A stretch of 64,000 bases of DNA, taken from the NCBI GenBank assembly GCA_041577295.1, contig JBFGJG010000009.1:32001-96000 (forward strand), written 5' to 3'. This DNA is from Gemmatimonadales bacterium. Lineage in GTDB: Bacteria; Gemmatimonadota; Gemmatimonadetes; Gemmatimonadales; GWC2-71-9. Position numbers and translations under genes: made by a program. Shown piece after piece: positions 30,459 through 38,982 of this stretch. The notes under the pieces are model-generated. The model saw nothing but the letters and a program-made list of their open reading frames with translations. It made no database searches and was not told where the DNA came from. Numbering within the stretch: the first letter of the stretch is position 1; each line of letters begins with the position of its first letter.

Positions 30459-32434
30459 GGCGCGACCGGTTGACGGACCAGACGGTGGCGGAAATCCTCG
30501 GGAGTGGAGTTCAGGTGACAGCCAGAGCAGGTCCTGTCTGGATAGTGGTCTCCAGCCTCAGCGTGACACGTGAGACAGAACGGGCTGTCGGGGAGCAGTC
30601 TGGCAACCGTATCCACGGTATGGCACGCGTCGCAGGCCTCGTGCGCCTCGGCAGGCGGAGCGTGCAGCGTGTCGGCGGGCAGCGGTGTGTGGCAGGAAAT
30701 GCAATCTCGCGAGGCGGTGTGGTGGTCGTCGTGACAGTCGGTACATGTCGCAACGGCGCTCGTAGTCACGAGGCTGACGGGCTCCGTATGGCATTCGACG
30801 CAGCGCAGCTCGGTGTGCTGGTCGTGAACGAACCCCACCTGCCGCTCGCGGGCCGGATAGTCTTCTACCGTCACACTCACGGTTGTGGCGAGCGGGGCGC
30901 GAAGCTCCTCCTCTGTGTGACACGACGAGCAGTCAGCAGTGATTGGCGCCTGATGGTGGCAGATCTGGCAGCCCCGCGGTTGTTCGAAGGTCAACGCACC
31001 ATGTCCCGTTCGGGTTTCGTGACAGGTCAAACAGGCGAGATCGGCGTGCTGATCGTGCGAGAAGGAGTCGGGTGGGGTCGCTTGCAGGGTAATACTTGCC
31101 TGGGCTTCACGAGGTCCTGTCGGTGGTAACACGTCACCCTTCCCCCGCGGGCGTTCCGGGTCTACCGGCGCGGAGGCTGGGAATGGACGGTGTGGCGGCG
31201 GCAAGCTCGTCTGACGCAGCGCTTGCGCGGTATCGAACGGGGCGATACGACGCAGCCGTTGCCGCACGGCCCTCGGTGCGCGCTGGTCGTCGGCTATCCT
31301 GAGGTGGCATGCCTGGCAGTCGCTCGCGTCCACACGCGCCCGATGCGGCTCGTGGCAGAGTGTGCAGGCTCGGCCCACGTCCACATGTTGCGTCCCGACG
31401 TGGAACGGCTCGTCCCGCCAATCGACGTGACACTGCGCCGTCGCGCATGTGGCGTCCGCATCGGCGGCCACCTCCTGCTGGTGCGGGTTGTGGCACATGC
31501 CGCACGTCCCACTATGCGGATCGAACACAGGGTCGAAGTCGGCGAGGATCGCCTCCATTTCGTGGCATGAGAAACACGCCGATTCACCGGGCACCAAGGT
31601 GCCCGCGGCAGAATCTCGGGTTGCGAGGGCCGGGACCTCAACTGTGTACTGATGGCACGTGACGCAGTGCAGGGTCGTTTGGTTCTGCATCTTGCCAATG
31701 GTGATGTCGACGTCCACGTGGCAGTCCGCTTGCGAGCAGGTGCTGTCCACCGGGACAAACCGATGGAGCTCGAGCCCGTGACACGACACGCACAAGATGT
31801 CGCGCAGGGCGACGGAGTCCGATTCGAGATGGGTTCGATGACCAGCGGTTGAGGCGACACGCTGCCACACCTCAGGCTCACCGGTAACATGGCAGTTCTC
31901 GCATACGGCATTTGGTACCGGTGAATGGTCGCGAATCTCTTCGGGTCGTTCCGCCACCCACAGATAGAGCTGCCGCATGCTGGCGTAGATCGACTGCTGG
32001 TGGCAATCGTGACAGCTCAGCGTATCGTGTTCGCTCTCGCTGAACCGTGTGAACGCGGGCTCCATGACATGGCAGCCGGTGCAGAAGCTGTTGTCGTGCT
32101 GCATGTAGTCCCAGCTGACCTTGCCGGCCCATGCCGCCGTACCAACGAGCACTACGGCGACCAAGAGCAAGCCGACCTGTAACGCCCACGATCGAGTGCG
32201 GACCCACTGCCCGATTTCTCTGTATTTCGTCAACACATAGACCAGGAGCGCCAGCGCAATCAACACCCCGATGAGGAAGCCCACGACTTGGAACCACTGC
32301 GGCACGGCCTGGAAGAGGAAGCGGATGACCGTCGCCACGCCGCCGGGGAGTGGGGACTCCACGACCACAGAGTCCACCGCTTGTCCACCAGGAACGTCGA
32401 CGCGTTGAAACGCAGCAAGCAAGGAAATGGTCAT
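30455..32434 (-). CDS. Membrane-anchored multiheme cytochrome c with NapC/NirT-like N-terminal domain (18 CxxCH + 2 CX4CH)
   Basis: Two N-terminal TM helices, then FCTGCHVM...SEH...SCHDCH (NapC/NirT pattern), then a long heme array split by a Pro-rich linker. Confidence 0.92.
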   Translation of the reverse strand: MTISLLAAFQRVDVPGGQAVDSVVVESPLPGGVATVIRFLFQAVPQWFQVVGFLIGVLIALALLVYVLTKYREIGQWVRTRSWALQVGLLLVAVVLVGTAAWAGKVSWDYMQHDNSFCTGCHVMEPAFTRFSESEHDTLSCHDCHQQSIYASMRQLYLWVAERPEEIRDHSPVPNAVCENCHVTGEPEVWQRVASTAGHRTHLESDSVALRDILCVSCHGLELHRFVPVDSTCSQADCHVDVDITIGKMQNQTTLHCVTCHQYTVEVPALATRDSAAGTLVPGESACFSCHEMEAILADFDPVFDPHSGTCGMCHNPHQQEVAADADATCATAQCHVDWRDEPFHVGTQHVDVGRACTLCHEPHRARVDASDCQACHLRIADDQRAPRAVRQRLRRIAPFDTAQALRQTSLPPPHRPFPASAPVDPERPRGKGDVLPPTGPREAQASITLQATPPDSFSHDQHADLACLTCHETRTGHGALTFEQPRGCQICHHQAPITADCSSCHTEEELRAPLATTVSVTVEDYPARERQVGFVHDQHTELRCVECHTEPVSLVTTSAVATCTDCHDDHHTASRDCISCHTPLPADTLHAPPAEAHEACDACHTVDTVARLLPDSPFCLTCHAEAGDHYPDRTCSGCHLNSTPEDFRHRLVRQPVAP

Positions 32435-32504
32435 ATGCAGGGCGGTGTAATAGTGGGTTCACCAGTTCTCGACTCGATCACGGCGGCTGTCTCTCGTACA
32501 CGCT

Positions 32505-32535
32505 GACGGACCGGGGGGCGGATCCCCGGTCCGTC
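32505..32535. other. 12-bp GC hairpin between the first and second cytochrome genes
   Basis: GACGGACCGGGG-N7-CCCCGGTCCGTC. Confidence 0.75.
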
Positions 32536-32556
32536 GGTGGTTACCTGTCCGTCACG

Positions 32557-34053
32557 TTATTGGTCGAGTCGAACGCGCTGCAGCAGCGTACGAATCGCCG
32601 CATCGTAGTCCTTCGGCGTCGACGGAGCCACACCATACTCGTTTTGTACCGCCTGCTGGCTTGCGAGCAAGAGGGCTCGGATGAGGAACGGATTATGAGC
32701 CGAGCCGGCCAAAGGGGAATCGCCGTGGAGCGCGAGGTTGTAGTTGAAGTACGCCCCCTCCGCGACCGTGAAGACCGAGCTCGTGGCATCGATCGGCTCG
32801 TCCGCATCGTTCAGCCCGGGATCTACCTGCTCGAGTTGCGCCAGCAACTCGTCAGCAAACGACTGCACCTCCCCGGATGCGACCGTCAGGGCGCTCGCGG
32901 CGGCCTGCGGTGTGAGATGGCACCCTGCCACCGTGCACCCCTGGAACGAGCGGGCGGCCGGTGTGATTTCGCAGTCGGCCGGCTGGGGCGACAAGGGCTG
33001 CCCGTTCGCGTCGACGCACGGGATGGCCTTGAACAGATGCCCCACCACGTTGATCACGAACTCACCCGTTTCCTGATCGGTCACCTCGAACATGCTCACG
33101 TGACACGTGGCGCAGAGTTTTTCATTCCCCTCGCTCCCGTGGCTCGCAATGATGCGGCCTTGCTGGATGGTCGAGTTGGGCGGGAACCACCCCGACTCGC
33201 CAAAGAGCAGATCGGTCTCCGGAGAATGTGGCGAGAGCCCGTGCGAGGAATTGGGGTCGGGCACCGTTCGCCGGTCATGACACTGGGCGCACAGGTGCTG
33301 TGTCGCGTCGTTTGTGTCGACCGGTCGGCGCAGCTGTCCAGCGAAGTTCGCGGCGTGCGGGTCGTGGCAGACGACACAAGTAGTGGACAGATGCTCGGCG
33401 GCATCCTTCTCCACGTACTTGGCATCCGGATCGAAGCGAGCGATCGCAGCCTGTCCGCGGTGGCAGCCTGCACACTCCGCCCGACCGGCGGCAAAGCCTA
33501 CCACGTTCGCATGCCCCGATTGTGCCCACTCTTCCGCGAAGGGGTGGTGGTTCCCGGAATGACACTCGGCGCAGTTTTGGTCGTTGTTTGCACCGAGGCT
33601 CACACCGGCAATGGGCTGGGATGCACCCGGGTCCACCGACACATGCTCAAACCCCGGGCCGTGGCAGCTCTCGCACTGGACGTCACCGTACACGGCCGAG
33701 TCGGGTACGGCATTGAACCCCGCAGGGCCCGCCAAGGAGTTACCCTGATCGTTCACCGAGTGGCAGCTCACGCAAAAATCCCGTCCGTGGCCGGAGCTAA
33801 CCAACGTCTGCAGCGCCCCAGCGTGGGCGGTGTTGACCCATGCTAGCTGCGCACCCACGTGGCAGTTTCCACAGGTAGTGAGCTTGACGTCCGGATCGAA
33901 GTAGCCGAGAAAGCCGCTGGCCGCATCAGGTGGGTCATTGAACGGCTCGCGATCGCGGAAGATGACGGTCTCTTCAGTACAAGCGAGACCTGTGAGCAGT
34001 GCCCCGAGTACGCTGAGACGCACGATGAGTTGAAGTGGACGGCGGGTCTTCAT
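32557..34053 (-). CDS. Multiheme cytochrome c lipoprotein (8 CxxCH + 1 CX4CH)
   Basis: Lipobox GLAC. Motifs CGNCH, CVSCH, CESCH, CAECH, CAGCH, CVVCH, CAQCH, CATCH, CTVAGCH. Helical C-terminus. Confidence 0.92.
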   Translation of the reverse strand: MKTRRPLQLIVRLSVLGALLTGLACTEETVIFRDREPFNDPPDAASGFLGYFDPDVKLTTCGNCHVGAQLAWVNTAHAGALQTLVSSGHGRDFCVSCHSVNDQGNSLAGPAGFNAVPDSAVYGDVQCESCHGPGFEHVSVDPGASQPIAGVSLGANNDQNCAECHSGNHHPFAEEWAQSGHANVVGFAAGRAECAGCHRGQAAIARFDPDAKYVEKDAAEHLSTTCVVCHDPHAANFAGQLRRPVDTNDATQHLCAQCHDRRTVPDPNSSHGLSPHSPETDLLFGESGWFPPNSTIQQGRIIASHGSEGNEKLCATCHVSMFEVTDQETGEFVINVVGHLFKAIPCVDANGQPLSPQPADCEITPAARSFQGCTVAGCHLTPQAAASALTVASGEVQSFADELLAQLEQVDPGLNDADEPIDATSSVFTVAEGAYFNYNLALHGDSPLAGSAHNPFLIRALLLASQQAVQNEYGVAPSTPKDYDAAIRTLLQRVRLDQ

Positions 34054-34349
34054 TGTTAGTCTCGTGTGCTAACTTGGAGTGAAAAGTTGGGTCGCTAGTC
34101 AATCTAATCATCCAGGCTTTTATACTACGACGAGCGTTCGTGGTCGCGCTGAATGCCGCGTGAAGCTGTCTTTAATCCCAGGCCTCGGAGAGACAGATTG
34201 CATGTAGTGCGTTTCACATCGAAATGTCCTGGGATGAGGATCAAAATGTCTGAAGAAACCGCAACGTCAAGTTCGCCGCATCTAACGCGAAACAGGGTTT
34301 TCGTAAGGCACCAAGTCGCTAACCGCCATGTCATCACCCCAGCCGACAA

Positions 34350-35465
34350 GTGATCTCCGAGGCGCAGCCACTGCCGCCGACATCCGTCGCTGAGCCAACG
34401 CGGCTGTCGCAGCTGACGGTTCGGAACTTTCGCAATTTCGGGTCGCTCGACTGCGCCTTGCCGCCAGAGGGCATGGTGGTCCTGGGCGCGAATGGCCAGG
34501 GAAAGACCAACCTGCTCGAAGCGATCTACTATCTCGTCCTCTTCAAATCGTTTCGTGGGGCGCGAGACCGGGACCTCGTGCGCTTTGGTGAGTCAGGGTT
34601 CTTCGTGGCGGGAGCCGCGCACGAGCGTATTACGGCCGGCTACGAGGTCACGGGTCGGCGCAAGAAAGTCACCGTAGCCGGGCAAGAAGTCTTCCGGCTC
34701 GCCGATGCCGTGGGCACGATCGCGGCGGTTGTGTTCTCCCCGGCAGATCGCATGATCGTCGATGGTGGACCGGCCGCCCGGCGGCGATACCTCGACGTGT
34801 TACTCTCGCTGAGTGCCCCTGCTTATCTCACCGCGCTCTCGCGTTTTCGGAACGCGCTGAGGCAACGAAATGCTGCGCTCAGGCGCGGACGACCGGCCGA
34901 TGCGAGTGCGTTTGACGAGCCGTTGGCGGCGGCCGCCGCAGTGGTTGCGGAGCACCGCCGGCAGTGGGCCAAGCGTTGGGGCAAGCGTTACGCCGAGTAC
35001 AGCGAGGCGCTGGGGGAAACGGGCGAGGCACGGATGAGCTACGTGCCGCACCACGGATCGGAGGGTGGTGTTGCGGAGCTCCGCGCGGCGCTCGCCGCCA
35101 ACGTCGACCGCGATTGTCGTCGGGGGATGACGACGGTAGGACCCCACCGTGACGATCTAGTCCTCCGGTTGGAAGACAAGAATCTCCGGACCTACGGTTC
35201 GGCGGGCCAGCAGCGATGTGCAGCGATCGCTCTTCGACTGTTGGAGGCCGAAACGCTCACCGACGAGCGCAACACGACACCCATCGCGCTGTACGACGAC
35301 GTTTTCGCCGAACTCGACGCGCAGCGCCAAGAGCGTCTGTTGCGACTGATCCGCGATACCCTTCCGGGTCAGGCCATTCTCACCGCACCCAGGGAAGCGG
35401 AGATCCCAGCCGCTCTGCTCGAGCTACCACGGTGGACGATGCGTGGAGGACGTCTTGGCCGATAA
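34350..35465 (+). CDS. recF: DNA replication/repair protein RecF
   Basis: NFRN, GANGQGKTNLLEAIY, RRRYLD, GPHRDDL, SAGQQR, DDVFAELD. Confidence 0.95.
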   Translation: MISEAQPLPPTSVAEPTRLSQLTVRNFRNFGSLDCALPPEGMVVLGANGQGKTNLLEAIYYLVLFKSFRGARDRDLVRFGESGFFVAGAAHERITAGYEVTGRRKKVTVAGQEVFRLADAVGTIAAVVFSPADRMIVDGGPAARRRYLDVLLSLSAPAYLTALSRFRNALRQRNAALRRGRPADASAFDEPLAAAAAVVAEHRRQWAKRWGKRYAEYSEALGETGEARMSYVPHHGSEGGVAELRAALAANVDRDCRRGMTTVGPHRDDLVLRLEDKNLRTYGSAGQQRCAAIALRLLEAETLTDERNTTPIALYDDVFAELDAQRQERLLRLIRDTLPGQAILTAPREAEIPAALLELPRWTMRGGRLGR

Positions 35466-35751
35466 ACGACCGGTCAAAAAGCTATCGGAAGCGCTCGAAT
35501 CCTACCTCAAGAAATCGGGGCTTACCAAGCGGATGCAGCAGGCGAGCGTGATTTCCGATTGGCCACAGATCGTGGGGGCACAGATTGCCGAGGTGACGCG
35601 CCCGGTGGCGGTAACCGCCGACGGGACACTCTTCGTCGCCGTCCGATCGGCCGCGTGGGCCCAAGAGCTTCAGCTCATGTCGCCGGCGATCCTCAAGGAG
35701 TTGGGCAAACGGGGAAAACGGATCAAGCGGATCGTCTGGCGGGCGGAATAG
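35455..35751 (+). CDS. DUF721/DciA-family protein
   Basis: WPQIVG, GTLFVAVRSAAWAQEL. Follows recF. TTG start after GGAGG. Confidence 0.88.
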   Translation: MADKRPVKKLSEALESYLKKSGLTKRMQQASVISDWPQIVGAQIAEVTRPVAVTADGTLFVAVRSAAWAQELQLMSPAILKELGKRGKRIKRIVWRAE

Positions 35752-37933
35752 CATCCGTCGGAGAAGCACCGCGTGCAAGAGGAAGGTAGGCCTGCTCTGT
35801 GTAGTCTCGCACCATGCGTGCACCGGAGAACGCTGGACCAACCGTAACGATCGCCCGCTTCATCCGACCGATCCATTTGCGCGGAAGACCCTCGGCATCG
35901 CGCTCGTAGAATAGCGGCACCAGTTTTTCCTCGAACACCTGATAGAGCGCCTCCGCATCCTCTCGGTCTTCCTGGCCTTCATCGTCGTAGGGTTGGGCGC
36001 GGCCGATCGCCCATCCGTTCTCGTCGTCAAATGCCTCCGGCCACCACCCATCGAGGACACTGACGTTCAGCGCGCCATTCAGCGCCGCTTTCTGCCCGCT
36101 CGTCCCGCTCGCTTCCAGTAGCCGCCGGGGGTTGTTGAGCCACACGTCGACGCCTTGAACCAGCATCGCCCCGACACGCATATCATAGTCCTCGATGAAG
36201 GTGACACGGCCACGCAGCGGGGGCTCCTGGCTCAGACGGAAGAGGTGCTGCACCAACTCTTGGCCACCGCGATCCGCAGGATGGGCTTTGCCCGCGAGAA
36301 AGACGTGAATGGGACGCTGCGCGTCGCTCAAGAGGGCGCGCACCCGATGGAGGTCGCTAAACAGCAATCCCGCCCGCTTGTATCCGGCAAACCGGCGAGC
36401 GAATCCGATAATCAGGGCTTTGGGATCGATCCACGACCCAACCTGGCGAAGCTCCTCCGGCGAGCGACCGTGACGCGCCAGCTGCTCGCGTGTCCGGCTG
36501 CGGACAAACTGCGCCAGCCGGTCTTTCTGCATTTGATGGGCCGTCCACAGCTCCTCATCCGGGATGGCCATGATGCCACTGCTCGCCATCCCAGCGGTGA
36601 GACGCTCGGCCCAGTGTGGCCCGAGGTGCCGCTCAAACAGCTCCCGCATCGCGATACCGCACCAGGTTGCCGTATGGACGCCGTTGGTGATGGGATGGAT
36701 GGCGAACGAACCCCGCGTGGTCTCAGGGTGTAAATGCCGCCACATCCGATCGCACACCTGCGCGTTCAATTGGCTCACGGCATTCCTGAACCCACTCACT
36801 CGCACGCCCAACGCGGTCAGGTTGAACGCCTGTTCGTGCTCCCCGTGGTGCGCATGACCCAGCGCGAGGAGCTCTTCGGCCGAGACGCCCATCTCACCGG
36901 CGATCGGCTCGACGAACTTGCGTGCAAGGGCGCGGTCAAACTGCTCATTGCCCGCAGGAACCGGCGTGTGGGTGGTGAACACAGTGTCGTTGCGAACCGG
37001 CTGAAGACACTCGCCTAAAGAGGGACAGCCCTCGCCCCGGTGCTCCCGCAGACGTTCCAATTGCACGAAGGCACTGTGCCCTTCGTTCACATGCCACACT
37101 GCGGGACGCAGATCGAGTGCCCGCAACGCCCGCACGCCGCCGACCCCTAACACCACCTCCTGCGCCAGTCGCATCTCGCGTCCGCGCACATAGAGGATGC
37201 TGGTGATCGCGCGATCACCCGGATCGTTGTCGGGCACATCTGTGTCGAGTAAGAGCAACGGCACGCGGCCGACTTGCACCAGCCATACCTTGGCCATCAC
37301 GTCGCCCCCGGGAAGTGGGACGCTCACCAGGAGCCCGCTCCGGGCGGAGCCAAGCGCCGGCCGAATCGGGAGGCGCGCAAAGTCGTGTTCCACGTATGTA
37401 TGCTGTTGAAACCCGTCGGCATCCACCGTCTGCCGGAAGTACCCCTGGCGATACAGCAAGCCCACGCCGATGAGTGGCAACCCGAGATCGCTGGCGCTCT
37501 TGAGGTGATCCCCCGCCAGTACCCCCAACCCGCCGGCATAGAACGGAAGGGTTTGGTGAACGCCGTACTCCATCGAGAAGTATGCGATGGGACCGGCGAA
37601 CTCCCCACTGTGGTGGCGGGCAAACCAAGACTCACTGGCGCCGCGCATGTACCGATCGAATGTTGTCGTGACCGAAGCGTAGGCGCTCATGAACGTCTCG
37701 TCATCGCGCAGCGCGTCCCACCTCGCATGTTCCGCGCTGATCAGGATCTGGACGGGGTTGCGGTAGATCCCCCACGCAACGGGATCGACTGACGCGAACA
37801 GCATCTGCGCTCGAGGGTTCCACGTCCACCAGAGATTGTAGGCAAGGTCGTAGAGCTTTCGCAGTTCAGCTGGCAACTGTATGTCGCCGACGGGTAGCGA
37901 CGGAATGTTTGGAATCCCTTTGGAATCGGTCAT
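35723..37933 (-). CDS. glgP: Alpha-glucan (glycogen) phosphorylase
   Basis: NLWWTW, YFSMEYG, GGLGVLAGDH, NEGH, FTTHTP, FARRF, EASGTSGQK. Confidence 0.95.
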   Translation of the reverse strand: MTDSKGIPNIPSLPVGDIQLPAELRKLYDLAYNLWWTWNPRAQMLFASVDPVAWGIYRNPVQILISAEHARWDALRDDETFMSAYASVTTTFDRYMRGASESWFARHHSGEFAGPIAYFSMEYGVHQTLPFYAGGLGVLAGDHLKSASDLGLPLIGVGLLYRQGYFRQTVDADGFQQHTYVEHDFARLPIRPALGSARSGLLVSVPLPGGDVMAKVWLVQVGRVPLLLLDTDVPDNDPGDRAITSILYVRGREMRLAQEVVLGVGGVRALRALDLRPAVWHVNEGHSAFVQLERLREHRGEGCPSLGECLQPVRNDTVFTTHTPVPAGNEQFDRALARKFVEPIAGEMGVSAEELLALGHAHHGEHEQAFNLTALGVRVSGFRNAVSQLNAQVCDRMWRHLHPETTRGSFAIHPITNGVHTATWCGIAMRELFERHLGPHWAERLTAGMASSGIMAIPDEELWTAHQMQKDRLAQFVRSRTREQLARHGRSPEELRQVGSWIDPKALIIGFARRFAGYKRAGLLFSDLHRVRALLSDAQRPIHVFLAGKAHPADRGGQELVQHLFRLSQEPPLRGRVTFIEDYDMRVGAMLVQGVDVWLNNPRRLLEASGTSGQKAALNGALNVSVLDGWWPEAFDDENGWAIGRAQPYDDEGQEDREDAEALYQVFEEKLVPLFYERDAEGLPRKWIGRMKRAIVTVGPAFSGARMVRDYTEQAYLPLARGASPTDAIPPARRSA

Positions 37934-38346
37934 GCGGGCTTGGTTTCGATAGTGGCGCTGACACGGAATTGATGGACCATCTCGGTCATGCGAGTTTCGA
38001 TCCGTCGCATCTCGTTTTCGGCGGAGTCACGGCTGCGGAAGCCTCGCTCCAAATCCACCGCAATGCGATTGAGCAAACGGACGTCGGCGACGAAGCGGTC
38101 GAGTGAGCTTCGAAGTCGCAGAAACCGTCGCGTGGGCGAATACCGCTCGGGCAGGTGCGAGGTCTCGCTGCCGGTTGGCGTTTCGCGCCGCGCTAAGCGA
38201 ATCGTGACCAACATGATACCGATCAACAAGAAGCTACCAATTACCGCTCGAAGCGTATTGTCGGAAATGCTGAGGATCGCCACAGCCTGCAGGGCGATCG
38301 CCCCAATGAACACCAAGGTCTCGATCACATGGCCGGCTCGCGTCAT
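37930..38346 (-). CDS. Hypothetical 2-TM membrane protein (paralog B)
   Basis: Two TM segments plus a helical domain RRFLRLR. ATGA overlaps on both sides. Confidence 0.75.
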   Translation of the reverse strand: MTRAGHVIETLVFIGAIALQAVAILSISDNTLRAVIGSFLLIGIMLVTIRLARRETPTGSETSHLPERYSPTRRFLRLRSSLDRFVADVRLLNRIAVDLERGFRSRDSAENEMRRIETRMTEMVHQFRVSATIETKPA

Positions 38347-38837
38347 TGCAACCGTCTCATGGCCGCCGGCGATAGGCGCGCCTGAAACGCTGGCGGTCTG
38401 CGGGAAGCGTCGTCGCTGCCGGCAGCTGCCCGAATCTCTTGCACGAGTAGCGTCAAGCGCTGCTCGATGACGTCGAGCTCACTGCGCGCGGCCGCCCTGT
38501 CGCGGACTCCACGTTCGGCATCGACCGCCACACGATGGAGCCGCCGCACCATGTCAATGAACTGGTCGACGTTCGCCCGCAGCCGGATGAAACGACGATC
38601 GTAAAAGCGGCTCGTCGTGGATCCGCCACGTTGCGGCGAGCGCGACGCCAAGACGGCCGTTGCCCCGACCACGACGGCCGCGATCAGCATGCCGAACAGA
38701 AAGCGCGTTTCGCGCGCCTGCACGGTGTAGAGCACGACCGCCTCGCCAATCAGGGCAACGACCAACACGACACCGAGCGCCAACCGGACGGCTGACCCGA
38801 GTGGCACTTCCGCATCCATCGGCTTCGGTGCGACCAT
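38343..38837 (-). CDS. Hypothetical 2-TM membrane protein (paralog A)
   Basis: Two TM segments plus a helical domain RRFIRLR, similar to the downstream gene. Confidence 0.75.
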   Translation of the reverse strand: MVAPKPMDAEVPLGSAVRLALGVVLVVALIGEAVVLYTVQARETRFLFGMLIAAVVVGATAVLASRSPQRGGSTTSRFYDRRFIRLRANVDQFIDMVRRLHRVAVDAERGVRDRAAARSELDVIEQRLTLLVQEIRAAAGSDDASRRPPAFQARLSPAAMRRLQ

Positions 38838-38982
38838 AGAGGCGCTGAGGATCTTGGAAACAAAGCGAACGCGGGCTGGCCGTTAACCTAGGCCGGTCGG
38901 CCGGAACGCGCTAGCACCCCCGGCAATTTGGATCTGGCAGGGCCCGAGGCACTCGCCTATTCTTAGCCCAGACTCCAACCAC

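Noticed and set aside
34054..34349. AT-richer region upstream of recF as oriC
   Set aside because: No TTATCCACA-type boxes and no dnaA; better explained as a divergent promoter.
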